DNA of 64,000 nucleotides from Polyangiaceae bacterium (GTDB lineage: Bacteria > Myxococcota_A > Polyangia > Polyangiales > Polyangiaceae). Below are positions 1 through 8,514 of this stretch, piece after piece. The DNA lies in assembly GCA_044376115.1 (NCBI GenBank), contig JBILLK010000008.1, positions 32,001 through 96,000 of the forward strand. Direction: 5' to 3'. Within the stretch, counting starts at the first letter, position 1. Each line of letters begins with the position of its first letter. A model generated the notes under the pieces. The model searched no databases and was not told the DNA's origin. It saw only the letters and a list, made by a program, of their open reading frames with translations. Made by a program: the position numbers and the translations under genes.

Positions 1-290
1 GCCGGCGTTTTGTCGTCGAGGTACTTCTGGAACACCACGACCTTGCTCGGCAGCTTGGTGTCTGCGTGCTTCTCGTACGGCTTGGCGCCAATCTTGGAGC
101 CGCTGCAAACCGAGGCATAGCCCTCGAGCGTGCTCGGCGCCGGCGGCACGTACTCGCGCTTGGGAGCGGGCTCCTCGTCGCTCGGCTTGTACTCATCCTT
201 CTTTTTGCAGCCGAGCGTCGATGCGAGGCCGAGGGCGAGCAAGGAGAGACCAAACCATGGAGTAGCTTTGACGGAGCAACGAGAATCCAT
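1..290 (-). CDS. Putative lipoprotein, partial (runs off the window start)
   Basis: Own translation MDSRCSVKATPWFGLSLLALGLASTLGCKKKDEYK...; signal peptide with lipobox-like TLGC; open to position 1. Confidence 0.7.
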   Translation of the reverse strand, partial: MDSRCSVKATPWFGLSLLALGLASTLGCKKKDEYKPSDEEPAPKREYVPPAPSTLEGYASVCSGSKIGAKPYEKHADTKLPSKVVVFQKYLDDKTP

Positions 291-459
291 GGCCCTTGAT
301 ACGCAAAGGCAACCCGAGCCTCCACTCGGATTTAGCGACTACCCACCGAATCCAAAAAGCCGTTGGCTAGGGCAAAAGCTCGAATCATCGCTCGCTTACG
401 CCTCGGATTCCGCCGCCCCTGGCGCCAACGAGGCGCGCGCATCCGCCTTGTGGCCTCTG

Positions 460-1407
460 CTACTGGCAGGCACCTTCAGTGGCCTTACCGTCCTCCACGC
501 ACCACGTTCCAAGTTCGAGCGGCGGCTCCGGCTTCGGTGCTTCAGCGCCCTCCCAAGCGCTCCATTCGAAGCGCACGCTGCAGCGCCCGGCGGGTCGCGG
601 CGTCTTGCGAAAGAGCTCGAGCGTAAACGCGGTGGACTCGCCCGCCGCGAGCGCAAAGACCTTCTGTTCGGGCAAGAGCTCGGTCTCGCGCAGGGGCGCG
701 GCCTCACCGCAGCGCGCCTCGGCGGCGACGATCCCGCGCGCTGGTTTGGCGTCACGGGTTTGCAAATGGGCCCGTAGTCGCAGCTTGCCGTCGCTCGGCT
801 CTTCCTGAACGTCGTGCAGCCGCTGCTTGGTGCTCGGCGGAGTGAGCGGCGCCCAAGCGCAAGCGCCAGCCCGCAGCCCGCCACCCTCAAAGCAGAAGCG
901 CTCTTCCAGCACGCTGCTCGCCTCTTTCGCCTGACCGATCGGCTCGAGCCGAAACAGGAGTTCGCAACCGTCGGCCTCTCCCAACCACCCGAAGCTCGCG
1001 GGCGTCTGCAAATCGAGCTCGCTGCTCCGGACCTTCTCGAGCGAAACGCGCGGACCGCCGCGACCGACGAGCTCGCTGAAGGCCACCACACGCTGCTCGC
1101 CGAAGCGACACACCGCGCGAATCGGCAGCACCACCCGACCCGTGCCGGCTTGTGCGACCACCGCCTTCGCGCGCACGTTCAGCTCGTAGCCCGAGCCCGT
1201 CCGGCGTGTCACGGTGAGGTCCTGAAGCTGCAGCGGCCCCTGCGCGAAGACGCTTTCGGCGATGGTGGCCGTGCTCGGTAGGCCCGTCGCAGCGGCGCTC
1301 GCGCCCGCCGACCCGACGAGCGGGACCGGGTCTGAACAGGCCGTGAGCCACACGACGCTGAACAGCTCCAGCCACCGCTGGCGAAGCCGACCCAGCCGCG
1401 AGCGCAT
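460..1407 (-). CDS. Hypothetical lipoprotein
   Basis: Long ORF with lipobox-like WLTAC; start moved to ATG 1407 because the ORF-track start overlaps the recA promoter. Confidence 0.6.
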   Translation of the reverse strand: MRSRLGRLRQRWLELFSVVWLTACSDPVPLVGSAGASAAATGLPSTATIAESVFAQGPLQLQDLTVTRRTGSGYELNVRAKAVVAQAGTGRVVLPIRAVCRFGEQRVVAFSELVGRGGPRVSLEKVRSSELDLQTPASFGWLGEADGCELLFRLEPIGQAKEASSVLEERFCFEGGGLRAGACAWAPLTPPSTKQRLHDVQEEPSDGKLRLRAHLQTRDAKPARGIVAAEARCGEAAPLRETELLPEQKVFALAAGESTAFTLELFRKTPRPAGRCSVRFEWSAWEGAEAPKPEPPLELGTWCVEDGKATEGACQ

Positions 1408-1512
1408 GGACTTATTTTGTCCTACCATCTCCAACAAACCCTTTCTTACAAGCGCTATCGAGGCTATGACTTCCTCACCAACTACGAACCAGCGTGCCCT
1501 GCGTGAGAGGGC

Positions 1513-1541
1513 TTGCACACTGAACACTAGAACAGTAAGGT
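1513..1541 (+). promoter_or_regulatory. sigma70-type promoter of recA with a LexA-like SOS box in the spacer
   Basis: TTGCAC(1513-18)-N17-TAAGGT(1536-41); spacer contains CTGAACACTAGAACAG (1520-35), a CTG-N10-CAG pattern. Confidence 0.65.
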
Positions 1542-1548
1542 GACCCTC

Positions 1549-2748
1549 ATGAGCGACGAGCGAAGTTCAAAGCAGAAGGCGGCCGCACTCGAACTTGCCA
1601 TTGCTGGCGTTGAGAAAGAGTACGGCAAGGGCGCCATCATGCGCCTCAAGGACGGGGAGTCTCTCCATGATGAGGTGCCTACCATCCCCACGGGCTCGCT
1701 TGGGCTTGATGTGGCGCTCGGCATTGGTGGTTACCCGCGTGGCCGCATCGTGGAGATCTACGGTCCGGAGTCGAGCGGTAAGACCACGCTCACGCTGCAT
1801 GCCATCGCGGCCGTCCAGCGCATGGGTGGCACCGCCGCCTTCATTGACGCTGAGCACGCCCTGGACGTGAGCTACGCACGCAAGCTCGGCGTGAAGACGG
1901 ATGAGCTGCTGATCTCTCAGCCGGATTACGGTGAGCAGGCCTTGGAGATCGCAGACATGCTCGTCCGCTCCAACGCCGTTGATCTAATCGTGGTGGACTC
2001 GGTGGCGGCGCTCGTACCCAAGGCCGAGATTGAGGGTGACATGGGAGATAGCCATGTTGGCCTGCAGGCCCGGCTCATGAGCCAGGCCCTCCGCAAGCTC
2101 ACCGGCACCATCTCGCGCTCGCAATGCTTGCTGATGTTCATCAACCAGATCCGCATGAAGATCGGCGTGATGTTCGGCAATCCGGAGACCACCACCGGCG
2201 GTAATGCGCTCAAGTTTTACGCTTCAGTGCGTTTGGACATTCGTCGGGTGGGCGCCATCAAAGAGGCTGCTGCTGCCGGCAAAGAGCCTGCGGTCGTGGG
2301 CAATCGCACGCGCGTTAAAGTGGTTAAGAACAAGCTCGCGCCGCCCTTCCGTGAGGTCGAGTTTGATATTCTGTATGGGCAAGGCATCAGCCGCTCCGGT
2401 GACGCTGTAGACCTCGGCGTAGAGGCAGGCATCGTGGAGAAGAGCGGCTCCTGGTTCTCCTACCAAGGCGAGAGGATCGGTCAAGGTCGCGAGAACGCGA
2501 GGACCTTCCTCGAGCAGAACCCCGCGGCCTTGCAGAAGATCGAGGTTTCGGTTTTGGAGAAGCACGGCATCAAGCGCAAGTCGGAGCCGGTTGCAGCACA
2601 GCCCGCAGCAGCGCCTGCCAAGCAAGCCGCAGCGGCTGCACCTGCGGCAGCGCAAGCTCCAGCAGCGGCCGCAAAGGCCGGCGCCAAAGAGCCTGAGCGC
2701 CGTCCTGAGCCCAAGCCCGAGCCCAAAGCAGCGACCAAAACCAACTAA
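1549..2748 (+). CDS. recA: Recombinase RecA with Ala/Pro/Lys-rich C-terminal tail
   Basis: [16 protein letters not shown]alker [33 protein letters not shown]. Confidence 0.99.
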   Translation: MSDERSSKQKAAALELAIAGVEKEYGKGAIMRLKDGESLHDEVPTIPTGSLGLDVALGIGGYPRGRIVEIYGPESSGKTTLTLHAIAAVQRMGGTAAFIDAEHALDVSYARKLGVKTDELLISQPDYGEQALEIADMLVRSNAVDLIVVDSVAALVPKAEIEGDMGDSHVGLQARLMSQALRKLTGTISRSQCLLMFINQIRMKIGVMFGNPETTTGGNALKFYASVRLDIRRVGAIKEAAAAGKEPAVVGNRTRVKVVKNKLAPPFREVEFDILYGQGISRSGDAVDLGVEAGIVEKSGSWFSYQGERIGQGRENARTFLEQNPAALQKIEVSVLEKHGIKRKSEPVAAQPAAAPAKQAAAAAPAAAQAPAAAAKAGAKEPERRPEPKPEPKAATKTN

Positions 2749-2751
2749 AGC

Positions 2752-2926
2752 TTCCTGCAGCGAGAGATCTGGCGTGAACGGCTTGCCGTCGGAGCAAAGT
2801 CGTTTGAGCCGCCGTCCGGGGGGATGGGTCCATGGCGTACCTGCATCGTCTGATGACGATACGGGTGCGCCCCTATGCGATTGTGCCGGGGTCAGCGGCA
2901 ACTTGAATATCTAATTTGCGCGGGAA
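2752..2926. ncRNA. Candidate ~175-nt rod-like structured RNA (6S-like size)
   Basis: End pairing 2752-58/2920-26 and 2783-88/2896-2901; 17-bp apical hairpin 2834-2871. Confidence 0.3.
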
Positions 2927-3092
2927 ACGCACTGAACACTTGTGCCCAAGCGTTGGCAGCGGAGCAAAGGAATGGGTGGTATTCCGAGTAGCTCAGCCGG
3001 TTGCTTGACATAGAGGGTCCGGCGGATTTCACTTAGAGGACTTACTCAATCCGAGTGGGTGCGGGCTCCCCAAGGCTGCTTGCGAGGTTTCA

Positions 3093-3965
3093 ATGCCGGG
3101 TCTGATCGTCTTTCCGTTCGCTCAGCGTCCCGTGGGGCGAGACTCGAGGGCGCGCCTTCCGGTCAGGCCCCTCGCCCCACGCGTTGCCCCAGCCGCCGTC
3201 CGCGTCCCTGATCCGCGTCAGGTCCATGTAGAGATTCCGTTCCCAGCGGGCCATCCACAAATCTTCGTTCACGAGGGAGCTCGACAGCTCCTCGAGCGGA
3301 AGCTGACAGTCGCTGCCGGCAAGCCTGTCTTCCTATCCATCAATGACAACTGCCGGAGCATGATCGCTTTTGCCGAACGAGACGGCATCGTGCGAGCGCG
3401 GCTTCATCACATGTTCTTGGACGCGCCCAAGGCCGTTCAGCTCGCGCTCGTTTGCTACATAGCCAAGGGCGACCGCGAGGCCTCCTGCGTAGTAGGCCGC
3501 TATATCGAGCGCAACAGCCACCGCATCCGCGCGGCTCGGCCATTCTTATTGCCCATTACCACCCAAGGCGCGCACCACGACATCCTGTCGATCTTCAGCG
3601 CGCTCAATGACAAGTACTTTGGCGGCACGGTGGACGCGCTCATCACCTGGGGGCGGCTCGGGTCGCGCCGCAACAGTGAGGGCACCGGGCGGAGGAGCAT
3701 CAAGCTCGGCAGCTACTCCGCAGTGGAGCGGCTCATCCGCATCCACCCCACGTTGGACCGGCCGTGGGTTCCTCGCTACTTCGTTTCCTACGTCGTCTAC
3801 CACGAGATGTTGCATCACGTGATTCCGGCGATTGAGCAGCGTGGAGGCAGGAGAATCCTGCATCCGCCGCACTTCATGGAGCGAGAGGCGTTGTTTCGTG
3901 ATTATGAGCGCGCGCTCGCCTGGGAGCGGGCGCACATGCACCGGGTGCTGCGCGCGCGCGGCTAA
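3093..3965 (+). CDS. SprT-like/M48-like zinc metallopeptidase domain protein
   Basis: LNDKYFGG...ITWG...KLGSY...IRIHPTLD...YVVYHEMLH...HPPHF (HExxH). Confidence 0.8.
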   Translation: MPGLIVFPFAQRPVGRDSRARLPVRPLAPRVAPAAVRVPDPRQVHVEIPFPAGHPQIFVHEGARQLLERKLTVAAGKPVFLSINDNCRSMIAFAERDGIVRARLHHMFLDAPKAVQLALVCYIAKGDREASCVVGRYIERNSHRIRAARPFLLPITTQGAHHDILSIFSALNDKYFGGTVDALITWGRLGSRRNSEGTGRRSIKLGSYSAVERLIRIHPTLDRPWVPRYFVSYVVYHEMLHHVIPAIEQRGGRRILHPPHFMEREALFRDYERALAWERAHMHRVLRARG

Positions 3966-4038
3966 CCGTCGTCGGCTTCGCTGGTATTTGGCTCACGCTT
4001 TGACTAAGGGACGCTTTGTTACGTAGTCCCGCAGTGTT

Positions 4039-5037
4039 GTGTGGGCAGTCAGAGCATCGGGTCCTCGGACGTCGGTGCTCGCAGAGGAGCGTTGGGTGCA
4101 GCTGACAGACACCGAAGGTAGCGCCAACAAGGCGATGGAGGCTCTCGAGTGGGCGCGGCAAATCTCGCTCGCCGGAGGTCCGCTGCCCCCCGCTATCGTC
4201 AAGGCCTCGCCCTCGGACTTCCGCGCTGCCGGGTCCAAGTTCTCGCGGGATCTGCGCGGCCACCTGGACACCATCGTGATGTCGTCGGACGCCGAGGCTG
4301 GGCTGGACGCCCTGCTGGCCTGTGGAGCCCTCGCCACGCTGCTCCCAGAGGTCGAGGCCATGGTTGGCTTCGGTGACGGGGAATGGCGCCACAAGGACGT
4401 GTGGAAGCACACCAAGCAGGTGGTGCGTCAGTCGGTACCGCGCCTGGAGATTCGTTGGGCTGCGCTATTGCATGACATCGGCAAGGTCAAAACCCGGTCG
4501 ATCTCGCCGGACGGTGAGGTGCACTTCTTCGGCCACGCGGAGGTTGGAGCCCGCATGTTCGACAAGATGAACCGGCGGCTGCCGCTGTTCGCCTCCGAGG
4601 CCAAGCTCAGTGAAGAGATCCGGTTTTTGATCCTGCACCACCTTCGCGCCAGCCAATACGAGGCCTCCTGGACAGACAGCGCCGTGCGCCGCTTCGCCAA
4701 GGAGATGGGGGACTATTTGGATGACGTGTTGTGTTTGTCGCGCGCGGACATCACCACCAAACGTCCCGAAAAGAAGAAGAAGGGCCTGCGTCAAATCACC
4801 GATTTGAAGCTACGGGTGGAGAAGGTGCTGGCAGAAGACGCTGTGGTTCCGCCGCTGCCCACCGGCATTGGAGACGCGATCATGTTGGCCTTCAAGATCC
4901 CGCCGTCACGCTTGATCGGGGATCTGAAGCGCAAGCTGGAGACCGAGATCGCAGAGGGTACGCTGCAGGGTCATCAGCCCATCGATTTCTACGTGGAGCT
5001 GATCAAGGCGGATCCCGGCCGATACGGCCTGGGCTGA
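4039..5037 (+). CDS. HD-domain protein resembling the C-terminal half of CCA-adding enzymes
   Basis: LLPEV, HKDVWKHT, LLHDIGK, HFFGHAEVGA, SRAD; no nucleotidyltransferase DxD head. Confidence 0.8.
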   Translation: MWAVRASGPRTSVLAEERWVQLTDTEGSANKAMEALEWARQISLAGGPLPPAIVKASPSDFRAAGSKFSRDLRGHLDTIVMSSDAEAGLDALLACGALATLLPEVEAMVGFGDGEWRHKDVWKHTKQVVRQSVPRLEIRWAALLHDIGKVKTRSISPDGEVHFFGHAEVGARMFDKMNRRLPLFASEAKLSEEIRFLILHHLRASQYEASWTDSAVRRFAKEMGDYLDDVLCLSRADITTKRPEKKKKGLRQITDLKLRVEKVLAEDAVVPPLPTGIGDAIMLAFKIPPSRLIGDLKRKLETEIAEGTLQGHQPIDFYVELIKADPGRYGLG

Positions 5038-5090
5038 GCGGCTGCGGCTGGGCGGCTGAGCTGGGCGGCTGAGCTGAGCGGAGCTGAGCG
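5032..5090. repeat. Imperfect short tandem repeat (GCTGA/GCTGG/GCG units)
   Basis: gctgagcggctgcggctgggcggctgagctgggcggctgagctgagcggagctgagcg between convergent genes. Confidence 0.6.
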
Positions 5091-5115
5091 CCAAGGTTGA
5101 GCAACGAGCCCGCCG

Positions 5116-6588
5116 CTACGGGCTGGGCTGAAGCTCGCGCGGAGGCGGCAACCCCGAGGGGGCAATGCCGTCCCAACCGGAGGCCTTGGCGAGCTTGGCC
5201 AACGCCAGATCGAGTTCCATCGTCGCGTTCATCACCGCAAAGCGACCAAAGGCGTAGGCCTTGGCCGGCTCGAGCAGCTCCTTGTCTTCGATCGTCCCGA
5301 CGTCCAACCCCGACTGCACGTACACGAGCCAGCGCTTCGCCGCTTGTACGCCCTTCTTGTGCGCCTCGAGCCGCTGCGACCAATCCACCACCTCGGCGTA
5401 TGCAACGCGGATCTCGGCGGCCACGCCTTCATCCGCCAGCCGCGCGATCGCCTTCATCTCCTCGAGATCGGCCTTGGCTTGATCGAGCCGAGCGACCTGC
5501 GGCGCGAAATCCAAGTTCCACTGAAACACGATGCCAGCGCCGTAACGGAAGAAGTTGCCGGGGTCGACGATGAACGGGCTCGATTGATCGTCGATGCCCG
5601 GCGCCACGCCCAACCCGAGCGACAACCCGAGCCCAATATCCGGGTAGAACCCAGCCTCTTTGCCGCGCACCAACGCCTCACGCGCAAGCAGCCCGGCCCG
5701 AGCCTGCCCGAGCTCTGGCCGATTCTCCACCGAGGCCGCGAGATACGCCTCCACCGGCAAGAGCGTGTGCGTCGGGCCGGTGAGCGGAGCGTCCGGCACG
5801 TCGAAGTCGGCGATACCGGTGTAAAAGCGCAGGCCGGTCAGCGCTACCGTGGCGAACTTCTCGGCCTCGGCGCGCCGTACGTCGAGCTCGGTGACGAAGG
5901 TCTGCAGCTTGAAGAGATCGAGCTTGTCACCCTCGTCACGGGCGATCTTCTCGGTGAGGCTGGCCTCGGCCTTGCCGATCTGACGTTTGATGTCCTCGAG
6001 CAGCAAGAGACCGTCACGCGCGAGCAAAAGGCCGTAATACGCCTGGCGGACCTGCAAACGCACAGCGTCTCGCTCCTTCTCCACGCCCTTCTCATTGAGC
6101 TGCACGTTGGCCTCGGCGGCGTCTTGCAAACTACCGATCTTGCCGAAGGTCCAGAGCGGGATCAGGCCGGAGAGGTTGACCTGCCAAGCGGCTGCAGCGC
6201 CGCGTTCGGGCACGACGTCGTTGTCGGGCGTGTAACTGCCGGTGCCGCGCAACTCCGGGCCGACGCCTACGCCGGCGGTCATTCGATAGATGCTGAACGG
6301 GGCCGTCTGCGCCTCGTTCTCGAGGCCGCGTGCCTTCGCCACACGGGCGCGCGCGGCCTGAATCTGCGGGTGGTTCTTATCCGCCGCGAGCAGCGCCTCG
6401 GCCAAGGTGAAGGTCTTCGGCGCTTTGGCAGCGGTAGCGGCGGGCTCTGCGACGGCCGGCTCGCCAGCTGCGGGTTCGGAGGGCGGTGGCTCGGCCTGTG
6501 CGCGAGTCGAGCTCAGCAAACCTGCGGCGAGCAGCGCAGCCAGCAGCGAGCATCGAATGGGCCTATGGCCGAGGCGGAACGTCCACAT
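5116..6588 (-). CDS. TolC-family outer membrane efflux protein
   Basis: Signal peptide; two OEP repeats (TLAEAL...HPQI; VRQAYY; NRPEL...FYPDI). Confidence 0.85.
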   Translation of the reverse strand: MWTFRLGHRPIRCSLLAALLAAGLLSSTRAQAEPPPSEPAAGEPAVAEPAATAAKAPKTFTLAEALLAADKNHPQIQAARARVAKARGLENEAQTAPFSIYRMTAGVGVGPELRGTGSYTPDNDVVPERGAAAAWQVNLSGLIPLWTFGKIGSLQDAAEANVQLNEKGVEKERDAVRLQVRQAYYGLLLARDGLLLLEDIKRQIGKAEASLTEKIARDEGDKLDLFKLQTFVTELDVRRAEAEKFATVALTGLRFYTGIADFDVPDAPLTGPTHTLLPVEAYLAASVENRPELGQARAGLLAREALVRGKEAGFYPDIGLGLSLGLGVAPGIDDQSSPFIVDPGNFFRYGAGIVFQWNLDFAPQVARLDQAKADLEEMKAIARLADEGVAAEIRVAYAEVVDWSQRLEAHKKGVQAAKRWLVYVQSGLDVGTIEDKELLEPAKAYAFGRFAVMNATMELDLALAKLAKASGWDGIAPSGLPPPRELQPSP

Positions 6589-6643
6589 GCGTACGGCACC
6601 ACTAGTAGCACTTTCGACCGGCGGAGGATGCCACTAGCACGCT

Positions 6644-7969
6644 TCATTCATCCGGCTGGCGCAGCCGCGCGAGCGTGCTCTCCAGCAGCTCGACCAGCGC
6701 CTCCGGGTGCTCGATGCTCTCCGGCAGCGCGCGCTCGAGGCGACGAAAGTTCGCCCGATCGAGGCCCGCCAGCTTGGCCGCCTGCGACTGATTGCCCCGC
6801 GCGAGACTCAGCACCGAATCGAGATAGGTCCGAGAAACCGCCCCGATCGCGTCGGCCTTCACATCTGCAAACGGCGGGATGGCGCCTTCAATGGTGCGTG
6901 CCTCACGCGTGAGCGAGAGTTTGAGCGCCGCAAAGTCCGAGCGCAGGATGCGATCGCGCTCGCCGGCGACCATCACCGCCGTATCCACCGCCGCCCACAA
7001 CTCCGGAATGTTGCCCGGCCAAGCCTCGGCGCGCAGCCCACGTAAGACGTTGGGGTTGAGCCGTTTGGGCGGCAAACCAAGCCGATCCATCAGCAACTTG
7101 ACGAACACCGCCGCCATTACCGGGATATCGTCGCGACGCTCGCGCAGGCTCGGCACGTCGATCACGTGGCGCGCGAAGGCGAAGAAGAGCTCCGCGCGAA
7201 AGCGGCCCGCCTCGCGCAACTCGCGCAGCTCAGGCGCAGCCGTTGCAACCACCCGTGGAGCGCGCGGCCCCGCGAGCTTGAGCAGCGCTGCGAGCCGCGC
7301 CTGCGCAGCCGGCTCGAGCAGCTGCAGGCCCTCGATCAGCAGCGCGCCGCCCTCCGCCTGACGATAGGCCTGCTCGAGCTCGGCCTCACCCACCGGGACC
7401 ATCGCCGAGCTCGCGAGCTCGGTGACCGTACGAGCGCCCAGGAGCAAGCGTGCGAGCGTGCGCTTGCCCACACCGGGCTCCCCCAACAGCACAGCCGGAT
7501 GCGACGACGCGGCGGCCCGCGTGACTTCGCTCATCACCTCGCGCATGCGTGTCGAGGAAGCCACGAACTCGGGCGGAAGGACGGCCTTGGCGCGCACGGG
7601 CTCGCCCTTCGGCGCGCCGCCCAGCGCACTCGAAAGCAGCGCCGCTACCCCCGCAGGCGGGCTCTCGCTGCGCGGCAAAAAAGCAAAGGCGCTGTCCTCG
7701 AGCGCGAGCGCCGCGTCGCCCTCTTCGAGCAGGTAAATCCAGCGCGCCTTGCGATCGCGTACGCCCCGCCCGGCGAGCTTCGCGTCGCACACGACCACGC
7801 CGCACGAGCGCCCAGCGAGCGCCACCTCGAGCGCGCCCAAGTCAGCAGCCGTGACCACCTCGAACTCGCGCGCCAATAGCGGCTTGGCCCACGCTCGCCG
7901 CAGCGCCGCGGAGCCGTCGACGATAGCGATAGGCGACTTCGCTGCTCCCAACGAGCAGGCAGTTCCCAC
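6644..7969 (-). CDS. Degenerate NtrC-like regulator (REC-AAA-Fis HTH) lacking GAFTGA
   Basis: GEPGVGK, FRAELFF, VPSLRERRDDI, WPGNIPEL, GNQSQAAKLAGLDRANF. Confidence 0.8.
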   Translation of the reverse strand: MGTACSLGAAKSPIAIVDGSAALRRAWAKPLLAREFEVVTAADLGALEVALAGRSCGVVVCDAKLAGRGVRDRKARWIYLLEEGDAALALEDSAFAFLPRSESPPAGVAALLSSALGGAPKGEPVRAKAVLPPEFVASSTRMREVMSEVTRAAASSHPAVLLGEPGVGKRTLARLLLGARTVTELASSAMVPVGEAELEQAYRQAEGGALLIEGLQLLEPAAQARLAALLKLAGPRAPRVVATAAPELRELREAGRFRAELFFAFARHVIDVPSLRERRDDIPVMAAVFVKLLMDRLGLPPKRLNPNVLRGLRAEAWPGNIPELWAAVDTAVMVAGERDRILRSDFAALKLSLTREARTIEGAIPPFADVKADAIGAVSRTYLDSVLSLARGNQSQAAKLAGLDRANFRRLERALPESIEHPEALVELLESTLARLRQPDE

Positions 7970-8058
7970 GGTCCCCCCGACGCGTCAACACGTCGAGCCG
8001 CAACCCACCACATCAGCCGCTAGGAAATGTGGGCCCACCGTGCGAAAAGGAGTCAGCC

Positions 8059-8514
8059 ATGGCCAAGCTCCCGGACGGTCCCCGACCCACAGAGATCAGC
8101 GCGCTGCTCGGCCGAGGCACCGAGTTCGAGGGCAAGCTCAACTTCTTCGGCCGCGTGCGCATCGACGGCCGCTTTAGCGGCGATATTCGCGGAGATGACG
8201 TGCTCGTGATCGGCGAGGGCGCCTACGTCGAGGGCACCATCGAGGTGGCCACCTGCATCGTGACCGCCGGTGAAGTGCACGCGCAGGTTCGGGCGCGCGA
8301 CGCGATCGAGCTTTACGCTCCCGCGCGCGTCACCGGCTCTTTGCACGCCCCGGCGATCTTCATCGACCGCGGCGTGGTGTTCGAGGGCAACTGCACGATG
8401 GCCCCGCTGGAGGTGCCTTCGATGATGCCGCCCGCCGTGCAGCCCACCATTCCGAGCGAGGAAGATCTTTCGTTGACGAAGGACTACCACCCCGAGGACG
8501 AACAAGCTCCATGA
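8059..8514 (+). CDS. Bactofilin (polymer-forming cytoskeletal protein)
   Basis: LLGRGTEFEGKL...RIDGRFSGDI...IGEGAYVEG...GVVFEGNCTM; SD AAGGAG before ATG 8059. Confidence 0.9.
   Translation: MAKLPDGPRPTEISALLGRGTEFEGKLNFFGRVRIDGRFSGDIRGDDVLVIGEGAYVEGTIEVATCIVTAGEVHAQVRARDAIELYAPARVTGSLHAPAIFIDRGVVFEGNCTMAPLEVPSMMPPAVQPTIPSEEDLSLTKDYHPEDEQAP

Noticed and set aside
2930..2947. Full second LexA box
   Set aside because: Only the CTGAAC half-site matches; the distal CAG is absent.
3005..3034. TTGACA promoter for the SprT-like gene
   Set aside because: Perfect -35 but no convincing -10 at 16-18 bp; not listed as a feature.
5032..5090. CRISPR array
   Set aside because: Units are 3-8 nt long with no spacers.
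5344..6912. 522-aa + strand ORF
   Set aside because: Antisense shadow of the TolC gene, typical of high-GC codon bias.
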